A stretch of 53,986 nt of DNA from Polyangiaceae bacterium. GTDB taxonomy: Bacteria > Myxococcota_A > Polyangia > Polyangiales > Polyangiaceae. Under the pieces are notes generated by a model. It had not been told where the DNA came from. It saw nothing but the letters and a program-made list of their open reading frames with translations, and searched no databases. Shown here one piece after another: positions 38,772 through 48,938 of the stretch. How positions within the stretch are numbered: position 1 is the stretch's first letter; every line of letters begins with the position of its first letter. The stretch lies in NCBI GenBank assembly GCA_033763455.1, contig JANRKO010000005.1:1-53986 (forward strand), written 5' to 3'. A program made the translations under genes and the position numbers.

Positions 38772-39815
38772 ATGAGAACATGCCACCTTCAGCTGCGCAC
38801 TTTCGCGTTGTGTATGGCTGTAAGTTCGTACTGTGCTGGCGCCGAGCGCGAAATGGGGCTGCTAGAGGGCGACTCGGCGAACCGAGAACTCCGCGCAGCG
38901 CTACAGCGGATTGAGGCTGAACTTCGCGCCTCCGGCCACCAAGTGCGTCGCGTAAACTGCGCCAGTAATCTGGGGCTAATCTGTAGCGGCGATCAAGCAG
39001 AAGAGCTCCCCCACCTCACCGCAATCATCAGAGTGTTAACGCTCCGGGCAGGCTACGCGGTTGAGGTACGCGGCCTTGGTCCAAAACCAAATCAAGTGCT
39101 CATTCGCCGTTCCCATATTTCCCAAAGGCAGGCGAGCCCCGAGGTGCTAGCTACTGACGCTGTAGAGCTCACGCGGGTAATGGAGCTTGATCAGCGCGCA
39201 CGTGCTTTTTTGGACCAGCCAGCGCGAGTTTCGCTCCGCCCACGTAAGTTGCCAGAATCTGCCAGCCCAAGTGCTTCGGCTGCCTCACGCGTACCTGACA
39301 CCATAGACGTTAGCCTGGAAGTTGGCGTTGCCGCGGCTAGCTTGGAGCAATCGTTAGCCCCGGAGCTTGATGCGCTCGTCGGTGCGTCGCTCGCGTACGG
39401 GTCGTTCGTATCACGGGTGCTCGGGAGGAGCACGCTAGCGGGTCCCACGCTCTCAGCAGGGGATGCCCACGCAGAATTTCGACAGCAGCTGGCCCTGGCG
39501 GAAGCAGGCTACAGATCCACACCAATATCACCACTGGAGCTCGATGTGAGTGCAGTTGGGGGACTGGTGAATGTAGAAGCCTCGGGAAGATCCGCAGTGG
39601 GTGATTTAAAGCCTGTTGGGGCGAGCAAATGGGCTGCAATCTTGGGAACAGCTTTCACATTGCGCCTAAACCAAGCGGGCTGGACTCCCTTCTTCCGCAC
39701 TGAAGCCGCCTTCTACCTGCCGCGGGCGGAAGTGAAGATCGGATCCGAAAACGTGAGATCTATTGGCGCCCCCACGCTCCTCGCGGCGGCCGGCGTAGAA
39801 GTTTCAGTGTGGTGA
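38772..39815 (+). CDS. Exported protein with a C-terminal beta-barrel-like domain (architecture similar to 34467..35564)
   Basis: Signal peptide; RIEAELRASG; alternating strands ending AAAGVEVSVW (C-terminal aromatic residue). Confidence 0.7.
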   Translation: MRTCHLQLRTFALCMAVSSYCAGAEREMGLLEGDSANRELRAALQRIEAELRASGHQVRRVNCASNLGLICSGDQAEELPHLTAIIRVLTLRAGYAVEVRGLGPKPNQVLIRRSHISQRQASPEVLATDAVELTRVMELDQRARAFLDQPARVSLRPRKLPESASPSASAASRVPDTIDVSLEVGVAAASLEQSLAPELDALVGASLAYGSFVSRVLGRSTLAGPTLSAGDAHAEFRQQLALAEAGYRSTPISPLELDVSAVGGLVNVEASGRSAVGDLKPVGASKWAAILGTAFTLRLNQAGWTPFFRTEAAFYLPRAEVKIGSENVRSIGAPTLLAAAGVEVSVW

Positions 39816-39846
39816 GCAGGTGCGCTTCCATTCGAATGATCGGCAG

Positions 39847-41238
39847 TCAGCTGAAGACGGGGATCACATCGAACGCAAGACTCACCCGCTTTCCCGGGCC
39901 GCGAAACGGGAGCGTCCGATGGTAGAAAAAGGATGGGAAAAATACGATTTTCCCGAGCTCCGGGCGAATGCTGCGCGTGCTTGGCTGTGCCGCGCATTTC
40001 AGCCGAGGATCGACTTTTCCAAACTCCAACCAACCCGCCTGCGCGGCTTCAGAATCTCCCTCTGAGCGCTTCTCAGCGTTCCAGGTTTCGTGACCTTCGG
40101 GCAAGGCCAGGTACATCACGCCGCTCAGCCAAGCCTCAGGATGAATGTGCGGTATTTGGTGGCCGCCTTCCTCCAAGACGACCCCCCAAGCGTTGACCGT
40201 CACTTGGGCAGGCCGCGCCAAGAGCCAGGGGTGGCGGCTATCGTCGGGGAGTGCGCGCCAGACGTCGAGTAGCCGGGCCTCAAGTTGACGTTCGATCTCG
40301 GCGATCGGGCCTTTGGGCTCTATGAGGAGTTCACCGGTGTGACCGCCACTCACAGTCGCGTGATGGAGCGGAGCACGGATGAGACTCGGATGTGTGACCA
40401 CGTGATGCGCGGCCTGGGCCACGAAATCCTCCAGCGACTCAGCGAGAGGCGGCGGATCCAACCAATGCTGGAACACAAGGCCATCCAGATCATTGAGCAG
40501 CGATGCGCGCGCTTCGTTGCCACATTCTCGCAACAAGAGCGCCAAAACTGCAAGCGCTCCGCAGTCTCCGGGCCGCGCCTGCAACAACCGTTCGGCGTGG
40601 GCCAAAGCTTCTTCCCGCCTGCCGAGTGCTAGCAAGGCCTCTACGACGTGTAGAAAGGCCTGATGCCCGCGCGATTCTGTGCGGAGCGCGCACTCGAAGT
40701 CCGAAAGAGCTAGGAGTGGCTCGCCCAGCTGCTGCCGTAACTCACCCCGGCCGAGGAGTGCCGCAGCGTTGTTTGGTTCGAGCGCGAGCGCTTCATCGTA
40801 ATGCTGTGAAGCCTGGGATATCTCACCCTGATCCGAAAGCCAGTGCGCCAAATGGGCATGGGCGGTGGCGGTAGTGTTTGGTTCGGCTACAGCTCGTGCA
40901 AACGCAGCGCCGGCCTCAGTGGTGCGGCCAAGCTGTGCCAGGGCACTGCCCCAATCGCTGATCAGTGCAACCGATGCCTGTCCAGAAGCTATTAAGGTTT
41001 CGAAGTGGTGGAGAGCGCGCGGCCAATGCCCAAGGCGCGCCCAAAGGAGCGCAGCCTCATGGCGTACGGCGTGAAGGTTGGAATGAGCCTCAAGCGCTGC
41101 CTCGAACGCGCCCACGGCCTCGGCGAGCCGACCTTTGCGCACCGCGGCTCGGGCCGCAGCAAGGTCACGAACTCCGCTCGGATCTGCGGAGCCCCTTTTC
41201 GCCTTCCGTGCCAATTTTCGCGACCCACGTTGAGACAT
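39847..41238 (-). CDS. TPR-repeat protein with a putative 2OG-Fe(II) oxygenase domain (TIGR02466-like)
   Basis: N-terminal TPRs; GGHQIPHIHPEAWLSGVMYL, FFPSFFYHRTLPF, RVSLAFD. Confidence 0.88.
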   Translation of the reverse strand: MSQRGSRKLARKAKRGSADPSGVRDLAAARAAVRKGRLAEAVGAFEAALEAHSNLHAVRHEAALLWARLGHWPRALHHFETLIASGQASVALISDWGSALAQLGRTTEAGAAFARAVAEPNTTATAHAHLAHWLSDQGEISQASQHYDEALALEPNNAAALLGRGELRQQLGEPLLALSDFECALRTESRGHQAFLHVVEALLALGRREEALAHAERLLQARPGDCGALAVLALLLRECGNEARASLLNDLDGLVFQHWLDPPPLAESLEDFVAQAAHHVVTHPSLIRAPLHHATVSGGHTGELLIEPKGPIAEIERQLEARLLDVWRALPDDSRHPWLLARPAQVTVNAWGVVLEEGGHQIPHIHPEAWLSGVMYLALPEGHETWNAEKRSEGDSEAAQAGWLEFGKVDPRLKCAAQPSTRSIRPELGKIVFFPSFFYHRTLPFRGPGKRVSLAFDVIPVFS

Positions 41239-41475
41239 GCCTTCACCTCAGCAAGAGATACTTGCCATGCTAAGCACCTCAATCGCCACGAATGTACGCC
41301 ACCCACCGCGCTTGCCAGGCCTTTGGCACTCAATCGGGTGAAGGATGCATAAAGTTGCGCAGTGAGTTGGTGTTCTCCCCCGCCAGAGCGAAGCGACTGG
41401 CCTGGGGGAGAACGGCCCGGCTTTTGGCCGGGACGAGCGGGGGCAACAGCTGCCCCCCTGGCACGAACGAGCACC

Positions 41476-43584
41476 TTAGCTCTTAGCGTCACCTCGGGCG
41501 AAGATAGACGCCACGTAGTTCAACACATCGGTGGCGCTCACCTCGTTGTAACCGAAGTAGCGAATGAGGCGCGCCTTGATGATGTCGATCTTCTCTTGCG
41601 TCTCTTTGTCGACCACGGCGCTCACGAGCGTCTTTAGCTTGATGCTGTCCTTCTGATCTTCAAACAGCTTGAGCTCTAGCGCGCGGCGCAGACGATCATT
41701 GGTTTGCCAGTCGAACTTTTTACCTTCCACGGCTTTGGCGCCGATGAAATTCATAATTTCCCGGCGAAAATCGTCCTTCCGGTTGTCAGGAATTTCGATC
41801 TTCTCTTCGATCGATCGCATCAAGCGCTCATCGGGCTCTTCATCTTGGCCCGTATACCGGTTCTTGACGCGTTCTTTGAGTGTGTAGGCCTTGATGTTGT
41901 CGATGTAATTCGCAGCCAGCTTCGCGATAGCTTCTTCATCTGCACTGATCGCGCGCTGTACCTCATTTTTGACGATTTCTTCGTATTCGCGCTTCACCAC
42001 GCCGATCAGATCTTTGTAGCGCTTGCGCTCTTCGTCTCCCGTGATGAGGGAGTGGCTGGTAAGGCCCTTTTCGAGCTCATTTAACACCATGAAGGGATTG
42101 ATGGTGCCCTCACCGGCGTCGCTCACAAGTGCGTTGGAGATCTTATCTTGCACATAACGCGGGCTGATGCCTTCCATGCCCTCGCGCGCACTCTCTTTGC
42201 GGAGCTCCTTCACGGTGTCTTGGGTGTAACCGGGCAACACCTTGCCGTCGTAGAGCTTCATCTTCTGAAGCAACTGGAGGTTGTGCTTCTTCGGATCTTT
42301 GAGGCGCGTGAGCGCGGCCCACATGGCCGCCACTTCGAGCGTATGCGGCGCAATATGCCGACCGCGAACGCGCTCTTGGCTGAAGTCCTTCTCGTAGATT
42401 TTGATCTCGTCGCTCAAGCGGGTGATGTAAGGGATGTCGATCTTAATGGTTCGATCGCGGAGCGCTTCCATGAACTCATTGTTGAGGAGCCGACGATATT
42501 CAGCCTCATTTGTGTGCCCAATGATCACCTCATCAATGTCCGTCTGAGCGAACTTTTTGGGCTTGATGCGATGCTCTTGGGAAGCGCCGAGAAGGTCGTA
42601 CAAGAAGGCCACATCCAGCTTGAGCACCTCCACGAATTCCACAATCCCGCGGTTCGCAATATTGAATTCGCCGTCGAAGTTGAAGGCGCGCGGGTCTGAA
42701 TCGGAACCGTATTCGGCAATCTTCCGATAATTGATGTCGCCAGTAAGCTCGGTGGAGTCCTGATTCTTTTCATCCTTCGGTTGGAAGGTGCCGATGCCAA
42801 TGCGATCTTTCTCACTCAAGATCAGGCGGTGCACCTGGACGTGCTTGTTGACCACCTTAGCCCAATCGCCCTCGTAACGCTGCAACAGGCCGTTGAAGAT
42901 GAAGCGGCTCGCGGGATCAAGATCGCCCTCGATTTTGACCTTGAATTTATCGTTCGAAAGCTTGAGCTGCGGAATCGCCTTTTCACGCCACGCGAGCGGG
43001 ATCAAGCGCAACGGCTCTTCGTGCATCGGCGAATCGAAGATATCTGCGCCGCCACTCGCCAGCCCCGTGCCCGCGAGGTTTACCCAGCGAAAAGTGTAAA
43101 GTGCACCTTCCGGAGTAGCCGAATAAGCTTCGAGGCCCTTCTTCAAGAGGCGTGCGATAGTTGATTTGCTGGAGCCCACCGGGCCGTGCAGCAAGATCAC
43201 GCGGCGCTCGGGGCCGTAACCTTCGGAGGCGGCCTTCAGCACGTTCATGAGGCGCATCAGCGGAATATCGAGCCCAAAGACGGCGTCCTTGCCATTGTCG
43301 ATTTCGTCTTGGAAGAAGTTGTAACGAACCAGCTTCTTCTTGTTGTCGATGTACTCTTCGGTGCCGTACGAAATAACCATGTCGTACACGCGCTGAAAAG
43401 CATTGCGCGTAACCTGAGGGCGCTCGCGAATGATCTTTAGATATTCTTCAAAGCTGCCCTCCCACGCCAAATCTCGGTAGCGGTCGTAGTCCTGCAAGGC
43501 AGCGATCTCGGCCACCATACTTGCGGGGGGAACTTTGCTGATGGGCGAGGGCTTGCTCTCGGTTTCGGATCCAAATTCCGTCAT
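41476..43584 (-). CDS. prkA: PrkA/YeaG family serine kinase / AAA+ ATPase
   Basis: [60 protein letters not shown]. Confidence 0.93.
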   Translation of the reverse strand: MTEFGSETESKPSPISKVPPASMVAEIAALQDYDRYRDLAWEGSFEEYLKIIRERPQVTRNAFQRVYDMVISYGTEEYIDNKKKLVRYNFFQDEIDNGKDAVFGLDIPLMRLMNVLKAASEGYGPERRVILLHGPVGSSKSTIARLLKKGLEAYSATPEGALYTFRWVNLAGTGLASGGADIFDSPMHEEPLRLIPLAWREKAIPQLKLSNDKFKVKIEGDLDPASRFIFNGLLQRYEGDWAKVVNKHVQVHRLILSEKDRIGIGTFQPKDEKNQDSTELTGDINYRKIAEYGSDSDPRAFNFDGEFNIANRGIVEFVEVLKLDVAFLYDLLGASQEHRIKPKKFAQTDIDEVIIGHTNEAEYRRLLNNEFMEALRDRTIKIDIPYITRLSDEIKIYEKDFSQERVRGRHIAPHTLEVAAMWAALTRLKDPKKHNLQLLQKMKLYDGKVLPGYTQDTVKELRKESAREGMEGISPRYVQDKISNALVSDAGEGTINPFMVLNELEKGLTSHSLITGDEERKRYKDLIGVVKREYEEIVKNEVQRAISADEEAIAKLAANYIDNIKAYTLKERVKNRYTGQDEEPDERLMRSIEEKIEIPDNRKDDFRREIMNFIGAKAVEGKKFDWQTNDRLRRALELKLFEDQKDSIKLKTLVSAVVDKETQEKIDIIKARLIRYFGYNEVSATDVLNYVASIFARGDAKS

Positions 43585-43874
43585 GGGTCTCCTTGGGCGT
43601 CGGACAGTTTATCTATCAGGCTAGCAGACGGCGGAGCTCGCCGTCCTATTTGGTCATACGGCCAGAAACAGAACACTTCATGGCGCAGGAGCTCTTAGGC
43701 CCGGGGTCCGACCTTTGCGGAAAGATGTGCTCGCGGGTGAGCCTGCGGAAAGCGTGCACCGAGCCCCGTAAAACTCGGCGCCCGAACGAGAATCGAAGCG
43801 CTCCCAGGATGACGAACGTGTAACATCTGGAGGCGGTTGCCGGCCTTCGTTGAAGACCGGCCGCGCGGCATCGT

Positions 43875-46169
43875 ATGCCGAACCCCGTGTTGCCCGAACC
43901 GCCCCGCGAGCCTTTTCCCGAGCCTGAGACGAGCCCCCCGGCGGGCGTGCCCACTATGCTCCAAGTACCTTCGAACACCCCTACGGATAAAGCGGCCCAG
44001 CGCCGCGCCGAACTCTTCATCAATCGCGAGCTTTCCTGGCTGGAATTCAACGCCCGCGTGATCGCTGAAGCGGCGGATGAGGCCGTGCCCCTCTTCGAAC
44101 GCCTCAAGTTTCTGGCGATTTTCGCGTCGAATCTGGACGAATTTTTCATGGTTCGGGTCGCAGGCCTACAGGCCCAACTGTCCGGCGACTCTGGCGAAGT
44201 TCCCGCCGATGGCATGACGCCACTGCAGCAGCTGGAGGCCATCAGCGTTCGAGCCCACGACCTCGTGCAGCGCCAATACGCGATTTGGAATCAACAGGTT
44301 CGCCCGGCGTTGCGCGCCGAAGGCATCGCCCTACTACGCCCCGACGAGCTTGCCCCAGACGATCTTATCGCGCTTGATAGGAGCTTCGAGAAAGACATCT
44401 TCCCGGTGCTAACGCCGATTGCCATCGATCCGATGCACCCTTTCCCCCACATTCGCAACAAGAGCATCAATGTGGGGCTCCTGTTCGAAAAGGCAGCTCG
44501 CTCCAATGAGCCCTCTTTCGGCATCGTGCAAGTGCCACGCACCCTTTCGCGCTTGATTCCAGTACCTATGGCGGGAACCAGGCGCGCTTACGTCGCACTC
44601 GGTGATCTCATCATTCGCCACATGCGCCTTATTTTCCCTCAAATGAGCGTCATTGGGCACCTGGTGTTTCGGCTCACGCGCAACTTCGACATCGAAGTAG
44701 ATGACGACGAAGCCGAGGACTTACTCACCACCATTCAAGCCGAACTGCGCCGCCGGGAGCGAGGGCACGCCGTACGCTTAGAGGTGGCCGGCGTGGTGCC
44801 GGAAGAATCGGTGGCGTGGCTGGCGGGCGAATTTGACCTCTCCATCGAACGCGATGTCTACCGTGTGGATGGTCCGCTCTTTCTCGGCGACATGCTGGAT
44901 CTGGCGGCCAATGTGGAGGACCGCAGACTGCGCGATGAGCCGTTTTCGCCGCAATACGTGCCGCCACTGCGCGATTCAGACGACATGTTCGAAACCATTC
45001 GCCAAGATGACGTGCTCTTGCACCACCCGTACGAGTCATTTGAGGCGGTGGTCGATTTCCTAACGTTGGCTGCCGAAGATCCGAACGTTCTTGCCATCAA
45101 GCAAACGCTCTATCGCACCGGCGGTGAATCCCCCATGGTCCGGGCACTGCAACGCGCGGCCGAGCTTGGCAAACAGGTTACGGCGTTGGTGGAGCTGAAG
45201 GCGCGTTTCGACGAAGAGAGTAACATCCGTTGGGCGCGCGCCTTGGAGCGCTCTGGCGTGAACGTGATGTACGGGCTCTTGGGCTTCAAAACTCACGCCA
45301 AAGTGTTGCTCGTGGTGAGAAAGGAAGGCTCCGGCCTACGCCGCTACGTGCACCTTGCTACGGGCAACTACAATCAGCAAACGGCGCGCCTCTACGAGGA
45401 CATCTCGCTCTTTACAGCACGCGAAGATATCGGCGAAGACGCCACCGCCCTCTTCAATCTTCTCACCGGCTACAGCGCCCCCCCACGCTGGAATCGCCTC
45501 ATTATCTCGCCGCTCGGCATGCACGAAGGTGTCCTCGGGCTCATTCACCGCGAAACCGAGCATGCGCGAGCCGGTCGTCCGGCGAAAATCATTGCTAAAA
45601 TGAACGCCCTGGTAGACGAAGAAGTCATCTCCGCGCTGTACGAAGCCTCCCAGGCTGGGGTGGACATTCAACTTCTCATCCGCGGGATCTGCTGCTTGCG
45701 CCCCGGAGTGCCGAAGATAAGCGAGAACATTCGCGTCAAAGCAGTGATTGATCGCTTCCTCGAACACGCGCGCATCTTCTATTTCGAAAATGGCGGCACC
45801 TCCGAAGTGTTCTGCACCAGCGCCGACTGGATGCCGCGTAACTTCCGACGCCGAGTGGAGGCTATGTTCCCCATCTTGGACGAGCGCTTGAAGGCTCGCG
45901 TCACCAACGAAATCCTTGGCACCATGTCCGCGGACAACGTGAAAAGCTGGCAACTTAAACCCGATGGCAGCTACGCACGAGTGCCGAAAAATCCCAGTGC
46001 GGAAGTGCGCAGCCAGAGCATTTTTGTGGAGCTGGCGCGCGAAAGAAACCGTGAACCTGACGCCCTTTCGGCGCTCGTCTCCCGCCCCTTCACTCCGGTG
46101 CGCGACGCCCACACGGCGCTCGACAAGCTGCGCCGCCGAAAAAAGCGCAAGCGCGAAGGCAAGAACTAA
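43875..46169 (+). CDS. ppk1: Polyphosphate kinase 1
   Basis: FINRELSWLEFNARV, SNLDEFFMVRVAGL, LLHHPYESF, ELKARFDEE, KTHAK, RFLEHARI, SADWMPRN. Confidence 0.97.
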   Translation: MPNPVLPEPPREPFPEPETSPPAGVPTMLQVPSNTPTDKAAQRRAELFINRELSWLEFNARVIAEAADEAVPLFERLKFLAIFASNLDEFFMVRVAGLQAQLSGDSGEVPADGMTPLQQLEAISVRAHDLVQRQYAIWNQQVRPALRAEGIALLRPDELAPDDLIALDRSFEKDIFPVLTPIAIDPMHPFPHIRNKSINVGLLFEKAARSNEPSFGIVQVPRTLSRLIPVPMAGTRRAYVALGDLIIRHMRLIFPQMSVIGHLVFRLTRNFDIEVDDDEAEDLLTTIQAELRRRERGHAVRLEVAGVVPEESVAWLAGEFDLSIERDVYRVDGPLFLGDMLDLAANVEDRRLRDEPFSPQYVPPLRDSDDMFETIRQDDVLLHHPYESFEAVVDFLTLAAEDPNVLAIKQTLYRTGGESPMVRALQRAAELGKQVTALVELKARFDEESNIRWARALERSGVNVMYGLLGFKTHAKVLLVVRKEGSGLRRYVHLATGNYNQQTARLYEDISLFTAREDIGEDATALFNLLTGYSAPPRWNRLIISPLGMHEGVLGLIHRETEHARAGRPAKIIAKMNALVDEEVISALYEASQAGVDIQLLIRGICCLRPGVPKISENIRVKAVIDRFLEHARIFYFENGGTSEVFCTSADWMPRNFRRRVEAMFPILDERLKARVTNEILGTMSADNVKSWQLKPDGSYARVPKNPSAEVRSQSIFVELARERNREPDALSALVSRPFTPVRDAHTALDKLRRRKKRKREGKN

Positions 46170-46174
46170 AACTC

Positions 46175-47362
46175 ATGTTGTCCTTTGACGAAGCCTTTGC
46201 TCGAATTCTCGCGCAAGCCCGCCCCCTTTCCACCGAACAAGTGAGCCTAGAGCAGGCCCTCGGCCGCACCCTAGCCGAAGACGTGCTCGCCAGCGCGCCC
46301 ATGCCTGCCTTCCACTACAGCGCGATGGATGGCTATGCGCTGGCGGTGTCCGATTGCGAAGGTAAGGGTCCTTTTCGCTTAAGGGTGCAAGGCGAGAGCC
46401 AGACTGGGCACGCCACTCCAAGTTTCACCCCACGAACCGCCTGCCGAATCTTTACCGGGGCCGCTCTTCCGGAAGGCGCCGACGCCGTTTTGCCACAGGA
46501 AAATGTGCGGCTCCTAGATGGTCACATTGAGTTTGACGACGCACCGGAACTCTGGCGACACGTGCGCAAAATGGGGGAAGATCTCGCGTTGGGAGCGCCC
46601 GCATTGCGCAAAGGCCAGCGCCTAACCGCGGCTCGCCTAGGCTTGCTGGCAGCGCTGGATAGAGCCCAAATTTCGGTGGGACGCCGACCGAACGTGGTGG
46701 TGCTGTGTACGGGGGACGAGCTTCGCCCCGCGGGATCAGAAGCGCGCCCGAACAGCATTCCGGAGTCCAACGCGATTTCTCTGGTAAGCCTCGCTCGCTC
46801 AGTGGGAGCAAACACGAAAGTGGCTCCCATCGTTCCCGATAAGATTGAGCTTGCTGAACAAGCCGTGCGCGATTCACTGGCGAATACGGATCTGCTCGTC
46901 ACCGTAGGTGGCGCTAGCGTGGGGGACCACGACGTGGTGAAGGAAGCATTGGTGGGTGCAGGCGCTAGCCTAGATTTTTGGAAAGTGAGCCTGCGTCCGG
47001 GCAAGCCTCTCATCTTTGGTAAAGCCGGCAACACGCTGATTTTGGGTTTACCAGGCAATCCCGTTTCAGCGCAGGTCACTTTCACGTTGTTCGGGCTGCC
47101 GCTTCTGAGAGCGCTACAGGGCGAGCCCGAACCGAGCCTCGATTTTCTAACCGTGCCTTTGGGAGCGCCGATTTCCCAGCAGCCCGGGCGAACCGGATTT
47201 TACCGCGCGGTCATGGAAAAGGGCCGTGTTTATCCGGTTGCCAATCAAGCATCCGGAGCTGTTACGAGCATGGCGTCCGCGAATGCTTTGATCATGGTGC
47301 CGGCTGAATGCACTGGGTATGCAGAGGGGGAGTTAGTTTCGGTTTTGTTGTTGGTGACTTAG
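46175..47362 (+). CDS. moeA: Molybdopterin molybdotransferase
   Basis: SAMDGYAL, RIFTGA.LP.GADAV, TGDEL, GGASVGDHD, RPGKPL, GLPGNPVS. Confidence 0.95.
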   Translation: MLSFDEAFARILAQARPLSTEQVSLEQALGRTLAEDVLASAPMPAFHYSAMDGYALAVSDCEGKGPFRLRVQGESQTGHATPSFTPRTACRIFTGAALPEGADAVLPQENVRLLDGHIEFDDAPELWRHVRKMGEDLALGAPALRKGQRLTAARLGLLAALDRAQISVGRRPNVVVLCTGDELRPAGSEARPNSIPESNAISLVSLARSVGANTKVAPIVPDKIELAEQAVRDSLANTDLLVTVGGASVGDHDVVKEALVGAGASLDFWKVSLRPGKPLIFGKAGNTLILGLPGNPVSAQVTFTLFGLPLLRALQGEPEPSLDFLTVPLGAPISQQPGRTGFYRAVMEKGRVYPVANQASGAVTSMASANALIMVPAECTGYAEGELVSVLLLVT

Positions 47363-47416
47363 AAGTAGAGAGCCACACACTTGACCCACGCTTATGTCTA
47401 GCGATATTTGTCATAA

Positions 47417-47758
47417 GTGTCAGAGATCAGGTTAGGGCCGTCGGCCCTCCCGTTTTCACCCGCGCTCCTCTTGCCACAGCGCAAGCGCCGAAAGGACGCA
47501 GGGCATGGGCGCCTACATCCCACTTTGGAGGCGAAGCTTCATCAACTGCTGCTAACCAACGATAGGCCCTCCATGGTGGAGGTACAGCGACAGGTTTCGG
47601 TTATTTCGGCCAAGCTTGGGTGTTCGGCGCCTTCCCGCGCATCCCTCTACAATGCCATTGAGCGGGTGAACGCTCCGACTCTTGCCAAGGAGTCGCGGCA
47701 TATTCCGGGAATGCGCAGGGGGGCCCTCAGGACGTCATTTACCCTGCGTATGCTCTGA
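47417..47758 (+). pseudogene. Truncated HTH-like hypothetical protein
   Basis: KRRKDAG..RL...LEAKL...RPS...APSRASLYNAI resembles a DNA-binding HTH; the ORF appears to lose coherence at the C-terminus. Confidence 0.35.
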
Positions 47759-47862
47759 TGCTCCGCCCACTCGGCATATTCAAGGTTTTCTACGGCACCG
47801 CTCCCTTCCTCAAATCTGGCACAAATCCGCATGCCAAGCGTCAAAGCTGCCATGGATCCGTA

Positions 47863-47907
47863 TGTCAATACATCTGTATTGACACTTAGTTACTCGATCT
47901 TTATCTT
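47863..47907 (+). promoter_or_regulatory. Perfect palindrome TGTCAATACA-tc-TGTATTGACA overlapping a TTGACA-N17-TATCTT promoter
   Basis: Read directly; the -10 box ends 9 nt before ATG 47917, suggesting a leaderless-like transcript. Confidence 0.75.
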
Positions 47908-47916
47908 TTGATCTCT

Positions 47917-48414
47917 ATGCCGAGCAAACCCAAGACGGAACAGCTTCAGATCCGGATTGGTACAGCAGAGAAGCGTGAGCTTCTGCGCCGGGCTAAGGCC
48001 GCGGGAATGAGCCTCTCGTCTTACATTCTCAAAAAAGCGATCCCGCCGAAAGAGGATGTGTTCCAACATATCTTGGAGCAGCTAGCCGTAGCGCCCGAGC
48101 AAAGCTTCGCGTTAGCTTCACTGAGTGATTTCCTAGCCACTCTCTCTGCGAGTGAGTTTTGCGATGTGCTATTGCCTCCGCGCCGCGCAAGGCTTTCCCC
48201 GTTTCTTTATGCGTACGTTGCAGCAATGGTGGAGCACGTTGCGTCACGCAAAAATGCGCTGGTGCCAACGTGGGTGCTGAACGCGCCAGGTGTTGAACGC
48301 CCCTGGTTTGCAAGCGAACTGCGTGGGCTACGCCTCCACCTGCTAACCACCTCGCCAGCTGCCTTCCGCCGTCGTAATCTGTTTGTAGACGCCAGCGTGG
48401 GTGAGCGGATCTAA
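47917..48414 (+). CDS. RHH-domain antitoxin-like protein paired with a DUF6036 nucleotidyltransferase
   Basis: KTEQLQIRI...EKRELLRRA..AGMSLSSYIL; C-terminal YVAAMVEH...PWF...SPAAFRRRNLFV; TAATG overlap with the next gene. Confidence 0.8.
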   Translation: MPSKPKTEQLQIRIGTAEKRELLRRAKAAGMSLSSYILKKAIPPKEDVFQHILEQLAVAPEQSFALASLSDFLATLSASEFCDVLLPPRRARLSPFLYAYVAAMVEHVASRKNALVPTWVLNAPGVERPWFASELRGLRLHLLTTSPAAFRRRNLFVDASVGERI

Positions 48415-48938
48415 TGTCGCAATTGAGTGCGCCGGAAATTCTCGTATTGTTCAAGGAATTGAACGCTGAGCTCGAGCGAAGCGATACGCGAGCCGAAATT
48501 TGCGTGTTGGGTGGTGCGGTCATGTGTTTGGTCTTTGCCGCACGCGCAGCCACGCAAGTGGACGCCTATTTTCGCCCGAGCGCTGCCGTCCGTGAGGCCG
48601 CACACCGGGTAGCCATTGCCCGAGGTTTACCAGAAGACTGGCTGAATGACGCTGCGAAGGGATTTCTCAGCGAGCGGGGGCAATTTACGCCATTTCTAGA
48701 GCTATCCAAGCTCTCTGTGCTCACCGCCACGCCAGAATACTTGCTGGCCATGAAGTGCCTCGCAATGCGGCTCGGCGCGGAATTTCATGACGAAGCAGAT
48801 ATCCGTTTTCTGCTCCGCTATTTGAATATTACCGAACCGAAGGCGGCGCACGAAATTCTAGCGCGCTATTACCCGCTCGATCGGTTTCCTCCCAAGACAT
48901 TCTTTGCGCTTGAGGAAATGCTGGAAGTTCCGGGCTGA
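48414..48938 (+). CDS. DUF6036-type Pol-beta nucleotidyltransferase (TA toxin), possibly attenuated
   Basis: VLGGAVM, WLNDAAKGF, YLLAMKCLAMR, DEADI. The expected T.DVD motif reads TQVD. Confidence 0.8.
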   Translation: MSQLSAPEILVLFKELNAELERSDTRAEICVLGGAVMCLVFAARAATQVDAYFRPSAAVREAAHRVAIARGLPEDWLNDAAKGFLSERGQFTPFLELSKLSVLTATPEYLLAMKCLAMRLGAEFHDEADIRFLLRYLNITEPKAAHEILARYYPLDRFPPKTFFALEEMLEVPG

